Assembly: GCF_023055435.1 (NCBI RefSeq)
Contig: NW_025963784.1
Span: 806,001-870,000 of the forward strand
From: Haliotis rufescens
Lineage: Eukaryota
DNA: 64,000 nt
Direction: 5' to 3'
This document shows positions 1-13,435 of this stretch, one piece after another; position 1 is the first letter of the stretch; every line of letters starts with the position of its first letter. The notes beneath the pieces were generated by a model. That model ran no database searches, was not told where the DNA came from, and saw nothing but the letters and a program-made list of their open reading frames with translations. Both the position numbers and the translations under genes were made by a program.

Positions 1-897
1 CATTGCAACTCCACAGTGCTCTGACAAGGACCAGGCTGGTTGCAGTTCTCCCGTTCTTCTCCTTCCACTTTGTAAGCATGTGTACAACTTGCATATATAG
101 TGAACATGGATGTGCAAAAGTCACTTGTTCGATAACCACGAGAGTAAGTCCAAGTTCGATGCCAACAGACTCGAACCCGATCCCGATGTGACTTGCAACA
201 AGGCTGAGATCTCGTCCCGACACAGGAGTATCAAACATCTCTTCATTTACAGCATATGCATGGTTCAGGTGTCTTGGCCCTACAACATTAAACTCACAAT
301 ATGCATACTTTTTACATGTGCGTGTGTTTTGTGTAATATATTGGCTTTCAAATTACCCATTAATATTCTTAATTATCTTAACGTATCTTAATATCAAATC
401 CTCTCAAAAATCCAAGGACAAAACATATTGTTATTATACCACAATATATAATGAAAACATTCTGGGGTACACATAAAAACTGGGAATTATGCTAAGCTTT
501 GACCTGATGAATCATACCAAAACACACAATCCGTCTTTTGAATTCAATGAAACAATAAACATGATTGAATGTACCTCTCTGGACCAGCTGTGGGTTATAC
601 TGGCAGGTTATGGGGTTGTCTGTCTTGGATATTTTCTGGAATCAAAATACAATGAGACATATTCGTGAATACTCGCTGCATCAAAATATTTCCCTCAGTT
701 TAAAAACATGATTGACAGCCGTAAGTAGGGCAATCTTACATATATACATACATAAAAAAACAGGCGCGAATGGACGTGCACACGCGTGGACGCACATAAA
801 CATTGACACGCTGACATACCAAGACGGAAAACACGAGAAATGAGTCTTCACATACCTGATATTTAAATCCTGACCAGCATAAAATAATATTGCCCAT
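1..897 (-). CDS. Death-domain-only protein, copy DD1 (3 exons: 897-856, 635-575, 279-<1; runs off the window)
   Basis: GT-AG splice sites with phases 0 and 1 join in frame: MGNIILCWSGFKYQ|KISKTDNPITCQYNPQLVQR|GPRHLNHAYAVNEEMFDTPVSGRDLSLVASHIGIGFESVGIELGL...HMLTKWKEKNG. The pattern matches a CRADD/PIDD-like death domain. Confidence 0.8.
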
Positions 898-993
898 GCT
901 GCCTGTATCTAACACTCCAGAGAGAATGTGAAACACACAACCGGACCCCCTCAGTATCTGAGAAAATATGAAACTGTCGACTACACAACTGCC

Positions 994-1100
994 TTTATAT
1001 ATAGAAAGATGGGGATTCCCCTACTTGTTGACTGAGTTGTCGGGAAACTGTCCAGCTCCAAATGTTACTTACAATTGATCTCGGGCTGCGGATTTTCGGA
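994..1100 (-). promoter_or_regulatory. DD1 promoter: TATAAA (999-994), kB site GGGGATTCCCC (1011-1021), TCCGAAAATCCG (1100-1089)
   Basis: The motif order and spacing recur upstream of the other family members. Confidence 0.65.
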
Positions 1101-3898
1101 TTGTATCTGCCATTAAAAAATGTGGTGTGGGGGTCAGATGTTGGTGTTCGTGCAGCTTTGATGATCAAATAGTATGTTNNNNNNNNNNNNNNNNNNNNNN
1201 NNNNNNNNNNNNNNNNNNNNNNNNNNNNNNNNNNNNNNNNNNNNNNNNNNNNNNNNNNNNNNNNNNNNNNNNNNNNNNNNNNNNNNNNNNNNNNNNNNNN
1301 NNNNNNNNNNNNNNNNNNNNNNNNNNNNNNNNNNNNNNNNNNCAACTTCAAACATTACATGAAGATGTTTCTGCAAAATTCTTTTTTTAAAAAAGCACCA
1401 CATTGTATTATATCCAGGTAATACTTAATGGGACAAATCTTACGAGTTGAATGGGCTTGAAAACACGAAGAGCTACTGAAGAGAAGAGGAAAAATAGTGG
1501 TGGTGTGGATTGGCATACATGAGAAATGAGACAGTCATGTTGTTAACCAAAGTCTCGTCATGTTAGTGTGCACCAATACACTTAAATGTGTTTCCTTTTC
1601 AATAGTACATAATATAATATGAACATATACACATTAGCAGGTCATTTTGCGTTGAGAGCTCAATGGGATATAATAGCATAGCGAAGAACTTCACTTGAAC
1701 TGATTGCGAAGGCGGAACATTCTTCTGTTTAATTGACCTCGATGTGTACGTACAGCAGTTGAATCATCTCACATTTATTCCCGAAACATCAAGTTTTGAT
1801 AAAAGCGACATGCCTAATGATAAAGGAATATCTTCTAATATATCCTCCTGTTCAATTTAATGTACTGGTTACAAAGGAATATCTGCGAAATAATAAAGGA
1901 ATATGTGTTAATATATCCTCCTGTTCAATTTAATGTACTGGTTACAAAGAGGAATATCGAAAAATGGTTACAGTATAAAACAATGTCACATTATCCCAAA
2001 TAGACTCAACATAATATGTTTTAGATATGGTACTAATATAACAGTTGCTGAAGTGCGCATTGGTTATTGCAGAGCGTGTGTCGGATCTTAAATAACTGAC
2101 AATTGAATAACCATTTTGAAATGCATTAATATTTCTTAATGGAGTTGTGACATGTGAATAAATCCAGTTGGAACAGAGAACCTCTGATTGACTGCGTCGG
2201 ATTTTCGGACTAGCAACGTCACAATCGCCGCCGACAAGTAAACGTTATTATCGTCTCTTGTACCGGGACTCTGGCTTTCTTGAATGACTTGGCGATCGAC
2301 TTCGTCTGTCATTACTCTGAAGCGGAGATTTTTTTTATCGAAAATACAACGTGAATAGTATTCTATTTCAACAGGTTTCACAGTTATATAGCAAGCATTT
2401 TACATGAAGTAAAATGTTAAACTCCCGCTTTGGACATTGTTATTGAACCCCAGGGGTAAAAAGCACTCAACATCTACGTTATTGTTCCAGGATCTAATGG
2501 TGGTAACATGTGACATACATTAGTGTAGAAACAGTACAAACTATACAAACATCTCGTTCTAGTGATGTTTCAAAGTGAATGTCATGTGGACCAATATGCC
2601 TTCAGCTTCATGCTGGTAACGACATTTTGCAACAACAAATAGCTTACATCTTTTATTAATTTTGTGAAAGTGGTGGGTGCATCTGGTAGAGCATTACATG
2701 CTAATCATTCTGTGGAATTCCTGGTGTCATCACTGATTTTCAGTGATCCATTCCACTTTTCATCACTATTTTTGATCTTTTCTATGCATAAAAAAGTGAC
2801 AGTGTTTCAGGCTTCTCTATTATTGAGAACATGACTTGTATGTTTGTCATTCAAATTCTTTTTCAAGTTATTTGTAGAATGTAAGAGAGTATATTATTGA
2901 ATACATAAAATCGGATTTTCGAAACAACTAGATTTTTCACCCCTACAACTCTGTTGCAATGGTGCATAGAAATGAGTGCAGTCACTAATAGTCCAAATGT
3001 TTTATGGTAAAAGTGTAGAAGACTGGATAGGATAGCCATTTCCTTGTCTGTGACGGGTTCCACCAGTGGGACAGGATACCTTTTCGCGAACTTCTGGTAT
3101 CATCTCTGTTTGATTTCATACCTGAGAACCACTACAGCCCATGACCGGTATCGCAAACTTCCAACCAGGAAATCTTCTTACAAATAGATTACAGCTACAA
3201 TAGAAAGTAAAACACTGATTGTCGTCCATAATCAATCAGCAAGATTCTACGACCGGCAAACCCTTGTGAAATTGTTCAAAAGAAGAGACAACAGATAAAC
3301 AGTACACTTGGAACAACATAACACAAATAATTTGACTGTTCAATCGTGACCCGACATTGTAGAGTCAAATCATAATGTGAGACGCAATTATGTCTCCGGA
3401 TTTTCGGATAACGGATGACGTTTAGGCCACATGTATTCATCCCTCGCTAGTTCATCCTCAAATAAAAGAGACAGAAAGACAAGTTGTTACAAAAAGCATC
3501 ACAGCAATTTATTAAAAGCATTTATTCTCAACACACACACATAGAATCACAATGTATTACAAACGGAAAAGATATTACTGTTTAAATGAAGAGTGTTCAG
3601 TTTGCATCTTGAGGAAACAGAAAATCAATCAGATCAGTCAGGATTCCAAATTATGTACAAAAGTCTCAGTGAACCTAGCATCGCGACTCGATATTTCAAA
3701 ACGGGAACCCAATCAATCAAAGATAACTGTACATGAGAAGACTGTTCAGTGCAGCGCTAGTATATGAGAGAACATAAATGTAGGCATGATTTCTCTGTAT
3801 GTTGTCGGGGAAACTCAGTGACGATTACTTATATACCCACTCGTGTATTCACAGCGTAAAGCAAGACAGCGTCATGTGCATACAGCTCTCCGACTTGA

Positions 3899-4826
3899 TT
3901 ACACAGACACAGTGGACGGTCCCTGAAGGATGTTGAGAATGTCCTCCCACTCAATGGTACACCTGTCATTGCAACTCCACAGTGCTCTGACAAGGACCAG
4001 GCTGGTTGCAGTTCTCCCGTTCTTCTCCTTCCACTTTGTAAGCATGTGTACAACTTGCATGTATAGTGAACATGGATGTGCAAAAGTCACTTGTTCGATA
4101 ACCACGAGAGTAAGTCCAAGTTCGATGCCAACAGACTCGAACCCGATCCCGATGTGACTTGCAACAAGGCTGAGATCTCGTCCCGACACAGGAGTATCCA
4201 ACATCTCTTCATTTACAGCATATGCATGGTTCACATGTCTTGGCCCTACAACATTAAACTCACAATAAACTACCTATTTACTTGTGTACATTGTGTGTGA
4301 TAGATGTAACAACACTCAGTTCGCTTTCATTATTCTAAATTAGCCTCACTAAACAAAAACAAAAAATACGACCCGTCCATCAATTCATCCACTCATCCAT
4401 ATGGTAATGTGGAAAAAATCATTGTGGTACTCATAGAGCTATACTTCCTGAAATATAAGACAAACAGATCGTTTCAATTCAATGAAACTAAAAAAATTAA
4501 ACAATGTGTTCCAACGTACCTCTCTCTGCCGGGTCGCGTTTATAATGGCAATTTATCGAGTTCCCTGTGGTGGTCAGTCTCTGGAATCGAATAAACACAG
4601 TTTTAAACACGATTGATAGCTACACTATCATAGCAATGGATCATCTTACATAAACTAAACTAAACAAAACAATGCAATAACAAATGCACGTGTACACACG
4701 CCGACGCGCATTATAAACATTGATACCTTAACGTTCGAATCGGGAAAGAACATGAAATAAGCCTGTGGCTGTATATATATCCACCTGATATCGGAATCTT
4801 GACCAGCATGAAACATTATTACCCAT
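3899..4826 (-). CDS. Death-domain-only protein, copy DD2 (exons 4826-4785, 4580-4520, 4245-3899; 149 aa, intact)
   Basis: MGNNVSCWSRFRYQ|RLTTTGNSINCHYKRDPAER|GPRHVNHAY...VASHIGIGFESVGIELGL...MLTKWKEKNGRTATSLVLVRAL. Exon sizes 42/61/347 nt give an open frame. Minus-strand AATAAA signals lie at about 3508-3526. Confidence 0.85.
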
Positions 4827-4912
4827 GCTGTGAGTATCTATGCTTCTACTTCACACACGTGTATCCCACAGCCAGCTGACACAGTCTGATACTGTCGACG
4901 GTTCTGACAATC

Positions 4913-5017
4913 TTTATATTTGGTAGTAGCGTAAGAGGATTCCCCTGCCTTTGGTAGGGAATTGTCAGTCACAGGCAACTTACAAACGGTTTTGGGATCG
5001 CAGTTCGGATTTTAGGA
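4913..5017 (-). promoter_or_regulatory. DD2 promoter: TATA, kB-like GGGGAATCCT (4945-4936), TCCTAAAATCCG (5017-5006); identical in DD6 (~37266-37370)
   Basis: Positionally conserved with the DD1, DD3, DD4 and DD8 promoters. Confidence 0.55.
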
Positions 5018-8000
5018 TTTCATTCGCCATATCAGGATGATAGGCATGGGTAAAATACTTGTGCCGGTAGTATAAACACTTGCGTCAGTCGTGTGTTTAT
5101 AGCCTTTTAGAAGTTGGAAGAATGTGACAAAATGAAACGTGTTTGGATGACAACTTCTTGCCCGTTCATCGTGTGAGGATGCAGGTGAAAGGTGAAGAAG
5201 TAGTCCTCAAATGTCGTAGCAAACAATAGAGAAGTTGTGATCCATAAGAGTTTCACGTGTGTTTGGATCATACTTGCACGCAAGTCATACCGATACTTGT
5301 CTTTTCTGGGCCATCTGTCTTGTTCAGGTGCAGTAAATAATACACTTGTTTAAGTTTATTCAGTTAAATTGTTCATGTTGGCTTTCATCAGATCATCTGT
5401 AGATACGCGTGTTCTCATTTTCCTTATCATCAATACACGGTATGCAGAAACTGATCAAGACAAGAACCATTAAAACCATTTCATCACATTTCTTTTGATG
5501 TTACGATTATAAATGATTCTGTCTTCAGTCTATGTATTTTGGCAAGGATGTTCAAACAAAAACTTTTGCATACGATATATGTGTCTCAAAGCAATATTAC
5601 CAAGGAACATGATACGTATATACATCGGTAAGTGTTGGAAGCTTACGCCGTAATATGATCAATTAGATCAAACCGATCTACCACACTAAAATCATCGATC
5701 CGAAAATCCGACAAAATGTTATACATGTAAATACATGTCGCTAGAGGAGCTGTACATACCGGAATGTGTACATAGGAACAGTTATGTTGCTGTGCGGATA
5801 AGGATATGAGTTCGCGGGTAGTGTCAGTAGGGGGTGTATACGATTTTACGTGCTGAATGGGCTTGAAAATATGAAGAAGAAATAAGGGGAAATATGAGCA
5901 GTGATGTGGTTTGGTATATTGAGGAAATGATATAACATGTTGTCTACATTCACTTGTCTCATCATATAAGTGTGCATCATATAAGTGTGCACAAAACACT
6001 TGAACCTGTGTAGTTGTCAATAGTGCATAAGATAACCAGGCAGTGATCAATACGTAGTGTAAAATTGACTTCCGCCAGAATAGATATAAATGATGTCTCA
6101 CTGTGACATGAGTGCATAACGAAGAACTTCCTTTGAACTAATTGTCTAGTGGAACGTTCTACTGTTTGATTGATGTCGATGTGCATTGGGAAGCAGTTCA
6201 GTCACCTCGCATCTACTCCCGATATATCCCGCGAAGACTGAGGGATAATCTGTAGTTAAAATTCTGTTCATTATTATAAAAGGAATATCTGCTAAAACCT
6301 AATCTTCGTCAGCTGAAGAGGAATATGCAGAATGGTTATAGTATACAACAATGTACGATTATCCCAGATAAACTCAATATTTTATGGTCAATATATCGTA
6401 CCCACGTTACACAGAACAATTGTCAGATATTAAGTAATTGGTGATTGAATAAATTATACATTTGAACTATACATGGGACAGGTTTTTGGACCAATGAAGT
6501 GAAATTTTCCATTTACAAAGAAAATATTTTACCTTCTCGTGTACCCGGACACAAGCTTACTTGAATGGCTTGACGATCGACTACGTCGGGTTCGATTCTC
6601 AACATGACAATAACGTTTATGACAAGTTTGATGCGCTTGTGGTATGTGGACATAATAAATTAAAATGTTAAAAACCTTGGTATCACGACTGCATACAAAA
6701 TAGTGGTTACTTTTATTATTCTGTTTCGTGTGAGAATTATGCATCACCTGTAGTTTGTGGTACTCTGTTAAAGTTAAATTGTGTGTAAATAGTAAAGCGG
6801 GCGGTAAGACGTTTCAGGATTTTCGGATTTTCGGACTGTCGTGAAAAGGCTTATTGAAAAGAAATGCATGTCGTTACGAATATGTTCTGATTTCTGTTTA
6901 CAAACACTTGAATATTTTTTTATCATTGCTATCACTGTGAGGTGGAAGTATTATAAGCCTGCGGCTCGTGGTATTTAACATAGGGCCGGACGCATTAAAC
7001 CACATGAACCCCTCGTGGTACTGCTAAAACGAATTTATCTTACTGACATGTTACACTTGTTAAAGAATTGAAGCAAAATCAAAATTGATAGAAAACAGAT
7101 GTTCGATTGAGCTGAGGATAACTTGTGCTATGTCACGCGACTTTCACTGACTCGGAAAAAGCGTGCGGCTTTTTGCTTCGAAGCGGGGTTGAAGGGATTC
7201 ATTCTCCCGCTCAATGATCACGTGATGCCCGTCTTCTTCGTGGCGGGGTATAAGCGATTATTCTCCCGCTGAGACATTTATGTTCCACCCAGGCAGAATG
7301 CATAGAACTTTATCAAGATCACGTGAACTAATCATATATCAACATTCTGAAATGGAGATATGATGGAACAGAACAGAGAATAATTAGAAATATCTGCCAA
7401 ACGTAAAGCAGATTTTTCGAATCTGACTTATCATAAGTGTGTGTTATTTTATGCAGTGTCAACTTAACTCGGAGGAAAACTGTAGCGCATATCATTCACG
7501 TTTACCACTATGGCAGAACCTCCGATCATGGGTATGTTTCTAACAAACCAACCATCATAATCAGCACAAATCTGGGATTCGAACTCACAATCAAAAGATT
7601 TCGTCACGCTGATTATGTACAGCTATCTGCAACGCATCAGACTACTAAGACACCACCTTGAGTCGTGGAAATGAAATGTTGGATATGTGACAAATCATTT
7701 ATTTTTCGCATTACCGAGCTCAACACTGTAGTATATGTTCCTTCCGATTGAAGTTAACTGAAATATGATAAAACACAAGACTACGATCTTTCATTATTCT
7801 TTGTATATTTCTGAGCGATATTTCACAGATCTAATGGAATCCAAAGCATTCCGAATTTAGTATTTCATATTATTACACAGGCCAGACAGGGAGCGGAAAA
7901 ATCCCCCGATAGGTGTGATAACTATATATATTTGCTATACATGAAGGCAAATCACATAGCCACTTTTACCTCGACACATCTGATCGCTGTACAGGCGGGG

Positions 8001-8060
8001 TGATATCTATATCAAAATATCATGATTCCACCATTTATTGAATGTATATTATTACTGAGA

Positions 8061-9708
8061 TTACAGTGACTGCAGGATGTTGAGAATGTCTTCCCATTCA
8101 ATCGTGCATCTCTCTTTACATGTCCAGAGTGCTTTGACCAGGACCAGATAGGTGGCCGAACTGCCATTCCACTGCTTCCATTTCGTGAGCATAATCAAGA
8201 TCTGCATATACATTGAACATGGGTGTGCAACTCTGCCCTGTTGAATAGCCACAACGCTGAGCCCAAATTCAATCTCGACATACTCAAAGCCGATCCCGAT
8301 ATGTCTCGCAACAAGGCCGAGATCTCGTCTGGTCACTGAAGTCTTGAGTTTTCCGTCATCACAGTGTGCTGAACCTATATGACAAATACAAGAGACACAA
8401 AATGTTATTTAACGGCTGTAATTAGATGTAAGAATAAAATATTAGTTCCGGAGGGCTGTTATTCCGACAAAACAGTTTAAGAGAAAAAATAACTGAAATG
8501 ATAACATGTGCATGGGAACCTAAAACATATTACAGTAAAACAGTTAAAGAGAAATACAGGAAACCACAGTGGACAATCATGTATCAGCTTTACATACAGA
8601 GCATTTCTATATGGAGCCTGACCAATTCCAAAGAAGCCTGCCGAAATCTATATATGATTCAACGTTTCGCAAATCATTTGAAAGGCAATTCCAGACCCGG
8701 TGGCCTCACAAACAAACGCATTCAGCCAGAACATTGATGTTGTTACCAGGGGATTCTCAGCTGAGGGAGTTTGAAGGAGTTGGTTTGACTTCTGATTTCA
8801 TGAACACTTTTATATTTTATTGATATAACATATGTTTTGAATTAACCTAACTCACTTACCGAACTATATTATTAAACAGCTAAAAAAAACCAACCAGAAT
8901 ATTTCAGAACAAAATGCATTCATAAATCTTCAAAACAGATATTATGAGAAATGAGTAAAACAAACCTTTCTTTACGATCTGCTGAATACAAAGACAGGTC
9001 AGTTCGTTGTTTGTCAGCCTCTAGAATAGAAAGTACACACTAACAGTACACTAACAGTGTTAAGCTCACATGCTGGATCATTTCTGGACACGCATTGCAT
9101 TTTGCTTCATAGTCAAAGAGTGAGTGAGTGAGTTTGGTTTAAAGTCGCTTTTAACAGTATTCCAGTTATATCACAACGTGTCAGCTTAATGTGGGAGGAA
9201 AGCCCGAAGTGATGCAAGTTTAAGATGTTTACCTCTTCGGTGAAACCCAGGAGCGCGGTTATGGTGCTGACAAACCTAGAAACATAATAGGGGCCAACCC
9301 CGGATTCGGCGTGCCAAATGGACGCACCTCTGCACAGGCGCCTTAGACGACTGGGCCACCCGTGCCCCCTCATAGTCAAAGAAAACATTAATATTTCACC
9401 ATGCTCGACTTGATATTTTCATTCGTACGGAATGATAAACAATCTGCAGAGTCATGTTGACATTAAAATGATAACTGTGTAAACACCTCACTGGGCTGCT
9501 GACTATCACTGACATAGTCAATGGAAATATCAAAGAGTGTGGTCAATCCCGGTAAAATAACATCGAGTATGATGAATTTAGAATGCTATACTCTGAGGGT
9601 CGAGTGCTGTTCAAGTTTTACAAATTGCACATTTGTCATATAAACTAGAAAGTCGTTAAGGCGTACCTGATATTGAATTCCTGGGGAGCACGACAGAATG
9701 TTCCGCAT
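8061..9708 (-). CDS. Death-domain-only protein, copy DD3, divergent (exons 9708-9667, 9020-8966, 8374-8061; Gly2 replaced by Arg)
   Basis: MRNILSCSPGIQYQ|RLTNNELTCLCIQQIVKK|GSAHCDDGKLKTSVTRRDLGLVARHIGIGFEYVEIEFGL...MLTKWKQWNG. Canonical splice sites; the frame stays open. Confidence 0.7.
9120..9369 (-). mobile_element. tRNA-derived SINE (second family) with 13-bp TSD
   Basis: TSD TCATAGTCAAAGA at 9107-9119 and 9370-9382, and a (TCAC)n tail. Homologous to 28124-28400. Confidence 0.85.
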
Positions 9709-9797
9709 GCTATCTGTATCTCAATCTTTATGACACTTATGTTTCGCCTGAAATGATCTGACTGAATCGAGAACTGGCAGCTACACGTGAGCAAATT

Positions 9798-9878
9798 GGG
9801 GAATCCCCACCACAATATGAAACTACTACTTCTCTATCGTTCATGTTCGCTTCCAGCAAGGATCTTCGGATTTTCGGA
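9798..9878 (-). promoter_or_regulatory. DD3 promoter: kB site GGGGAATCCCC (9798-9808) and CGGATTTTCGGA (9867-9878)
   Basis: Both motifs are conserved although the flanking sequence is strongly diverged from the other copies. Confidence 0.6.
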
Positions 9879-11933
9879 TTTTTAAAATCGATAGAAAGAT
9901 ATGGCGATTGTCTCGATGCAGTGTAATAATATGAATGGATCACTGAAAAACAATGATGACACCAGGTTTTTGTGAAAATGTTGAGCATGTCCTGCTCTAC
10001 TTGGGCGGCCCGCCACTCCCACAAATTTACTAAAGTAAGTGTGCAATGTTCCTGCCACGACGCTGGCCTCAACATAATCGTTTCTAGACCAGTGATCATA
10101 ATCATGAGTAAGCGTGACCATCCCATCGATTCAAATGAGTGCCATTAAGTTAGGAGGAGTGAAACGTCCCTGTAATGTCATGGCATGTCAGAGAATCGCG
10201 CATGATGTTGACAAGCAGCGTATTATGTTTGATAAAATCCTCCGAATGCCTACCATAAAATGTTTGAAATGACTTGAACAGGCCTTTGATGGTTCAACCT
10301 TACTTGAAATACTTAGTCATATGAAAGTTATGAAATGTAAGAGGTTATATTGTTGAATATTGTACACATAAAATCGAATTGTTGGACCCACTAGTTTTAT
10401 CACCAATACAAATCTGTTTCTGTAGCGTAGAGATGAGAGAACAGTCACCACTGTATCAACACATGCATGCTTCGTCTTGGCGCCAATCTCTTCCGTCATC
10501 CTTCTCAGTCTACATGCAAACGTGTTTTAAGTTTAACGGTAGGTGAAGAGGACATTTCCAAATTTGTGGCATCAGTGGCGATGACGTGCGATGCAGTTCC
10601 CGATTTGGACCATATGAGCCCGTGTTTGTTCCCAGTGCATAACACTGGCTTTTCGCTTTGATGTGTTTAGACGGTGCAACCAGTGGGACAGGACACGCTC
10701 ATCTTTACGCTGACACTTAGTATCATAACTATGTGATGGTTATAAAAAAAATACATGATAATGTTATCGCTTTTCTTTTTATTTGTTAGATTTGCGAAGA
10801 AGAAAATAGGCATGACAATTTGTTCAATAATGACCGTTCGACTGAAATAATAAGATATAATATAAATTGTATGTACGAGGCAATGTTTTGTAACATAAGT
10901 ACCTGCTTCTGTGATATAAGATTTGTGCATTATAACGACTGTTGAAAACATGGCAACAGTTGTCATTTGTTATCAATCTAAACAAGCACCAGCAAACATA
11001 TGCATAATCAATAATTGTTCATAAATCTAAAACAATATCTATTGTATATTAAGCCATAAGACCAATAAAACATTTTGCATATTGTTATTTACCAGGCTAT
11101 ATTTCGGCGTTGTTTAGACATTACTATGGGGCACTGGTTCATATACATAGGTAGCATGTTTTAAGGAAAATGTTTATGTCCATATATATCTCAGCCCATG
11201 CTGCATTAATGATGCGCATCTCTCTATAGATGTGATCACACCCCAGTTGCTGCACAAGGTGACCTGTCATAACCTGTCATCATTCCTGAAAACTACTACA
11301 GCCCATGACCTTACAAATAGAATAGAGCTAATATATAAAGTCAGAAAATAATGGCGTCCTTAATGAATCAAAAACGATTCTACAACCGGCAAACCTTATA
11401 ATAGTGTTCAAAATCAGAATAAACAGATAGACAGTACCCTTGAAATTACATTCTAAAAATATTTAGAATTTTCAATCCTTAATATAGTCGGGACATTTGT
11501 TATGTGAGAGGCAATTATGTTTCCGGATTTTCGGACTACGGATGACGTTTAGGGCACAGCTTGTCATCCCTCGGTCACTGTTCCGCGAATATCACAAGAG
11601 GCAGAATGACCAGTTCTTACAAAGGACATCAATGCAGTTTATTAACATACAAATACAATCACAATGTATTATATACGGAAATTAAATGATAACTGTACAT
11701 ATGATGAGTGTTTAGTGCGCAACTTGCACGAGGAAAAACATCATCCGGTTCAGTCATGGTGAATCTAGTATCGCGACTCGATATTTCAAAGGGATTGTTT
11801 CGCACAATCTAAATGTGCAGGTGCATGGCTACGCAGAAATAAATGTTAGTACCTGAAGGATGTTGAGAATATCCTCCCAATGAATAAATCAGTGATAACT
11901 GTACTTGAGAAGGTTGTTCAGAGCAGCACTTTA

Positions 11934-13235
11934 TTAACCTGACTTAGTGGACGGTCCCTGAAGAATGTTCAGAATGTCTTCCCACTCAATAGTACATTTC
12001 TCGTTGCATCTCCACAGTGCTCTGACGAGGACCAGGCTGGTGGCAGATCTTCCATTCTTCTCCATCCACTTCGTAAGCATGTGTACAACCTGCATGTACA
12101 GTGAATTTGGGTGTGCAAACGAGACTTGTTCGATAACCACGAGAGTAAGTCCAAGTTCGATGCCGACACACTCAAACCCTATCCCTATGTGACTTGCAAC
12201 AAGGCTGAGATCTCTTTCAGATACAGGGATATTCAGCCTCTCTTCATTCACAGCATATGCTTGGCTTCAGGGTGTTGTATCTACAAGAATCATCTCACAA
12301 TAAGCATGTTCNNNNNNNNNNNNNNNNNNNNNNNNNNNNNNNNNNNNNNNNNNNNNNNNNNNNNNNNNNNNNNNNNNNNNNNNNNNNNNNNNNNNNNNNN
12401 NNNNNNNNNNNNNNNNNNNNNNNNNNNNNNNNNNNNNNNNNNNNNNNNNNNNNNCTGTCAATTCCCTATCAATATTCTACGTTATTTTAACTTATCTTAA
12501 GATTAAATTTACTCGAAAACCAAAAAGAAATACATATTGTTAATGTACCACAACGTATAAAGAAAACGTTTGGGTGGATGCACAGACAATGGAAATAATG
12601 TCAAGCTTGCATCTAATAAAGCATAACGTGACACACTATCCAAATCTTACATTTAGTAAAACGATAAATGCGACTGAACGTACCTCTCAGTTCGAGCTGG
12701 TGGTTATAATAGCAGGTTATGTGGTCGTCTGTCTTGGACATTTTCTGGAATCAAAATGAACACAGTGAGTGAGTGAGTGAGTGAGTATGGTTTTACGCCG
12801 CTTTTAGAAATATCCCAGCAATATCACGGCGGGGAACACCAGAAATGGGCTTCACACATTGTACCCATGTCGGGAATCGAACCCGGGTCTTCGGCGTGAC
12901 GAGCGAACGCTTTAACCACTAGGCTACCCGACCGCCCCAAATGAACACAATGAGGCATATTCCTGGTGACGCTTGGATCCCGCATATTGTAAACTTTAAA
13001 CCTATTTTAAACCACGATTGAGAACTGTAGCGTCACAAGAAGTCTGGTAATGTTACATACACTAGTATAGATAAACAAACATAAAGTCGCATTTGCACGT
13101 GTACACACGAGGACGCGCATAAACATTGATGAACAGTGACAAGCTAACATTCATTAATTGTTGGGAAAATACGTGAAGGGATTCTTTATTTACCTGATAT
13201 CTGAATCTTGACCAGTATGAACAAATATTACCCAT
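11934..13235 (-). pseudogene. Death-domain gene copy DD4 with premature stop (exons 13235-13194, 12744-12684, 12280-11934)
   Basis: MGNICSYWSRFRYQ|KMSKTDDHITCYYNHQLELR|DTTP* has TGA at 12269-12267, where paralogue DD8 has TGG. The death domain downstream is otherwise open. Confidence 0.75.
12765..12938 (-). mobile_element. tRNA-derived SINE, full length, with 11-bp TSD
   Basis: A box TAGCCTAGTGG, B box GGTTCGATTCC and (TCAC)n tail. TSD AAATGAACACA at 12754-12764 and 12939-12949. The empty site is at ~44151-44161. Confidence 0.9.
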
Positions 13236-13350
13236 GCTGCCTGTATCTATGACGTCTAGTGAGAAAATGAAACACACATGTGTATCCTTCAGTCGCCGCG
13301 ACTATATGACTCCTTAACAAAATTACATTAAACACATATAAATAGGGAAA

Positions 13351-13435
13351 GGGGATTCCCCCTACTTGCTGTGCGGGAAGTGTTGTATGCCACGTGAACA
13401 ATCTTGTTCCGGCTCTCGGACTGCGGATTTTAGGA
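13351..13435 (-). promoter_or_regulatory. DD4 promoter: kB site GGGGATTCCCC (13351-13361) and CGGATTTTAGGA (13424-13435)
   Basis: Positional conservation; the kB site is 116 bp upstream of the ATG. Confidence 0.6.

Noticed and set aside
1179-1342. N-runs as scaffold gaps, and the X-containing ORFs spanning them (also 12312-12454, 33549-33700, 43694-43908)
   Set aside because: They occur at equivalent positions in both units with microsatellite-like flanks, so they are most likely masked simple repeats. ORFs across them are artefacts.
1820-1960. Tandem duplication of about 73 bp, and similar small local repeats
   Set aside because: Ordinary slippage duplications with no coding or regulatory signal.
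3930-4157. Plus-strand ORFs recurring opposite each death-domain exon (MLRMSSHS...)
   Set aside because: They are antisense shadows of the conserved death-domain coding sequence.
3899-4234. Calling the death-domain genes CRADD, FADD or MyD88
   Set aside because: No CARD, DED or TIR domain is present; only the death domain is similar.
8746-8791. Extra 45-nt exon in DD3
   Set aside because: It has AG/GT ends but an in-frame TGA in DD3 (TGC in the dead DD7). The gene model is open without it, so it was not included.
12860-12938. tRNA gene (A/B boxes; likewise near 28124-28225)
   Set aside because: These are SINE heads with a body and simple-repeat tail. The 12765 element also has a TSD and an empty paralogous site.
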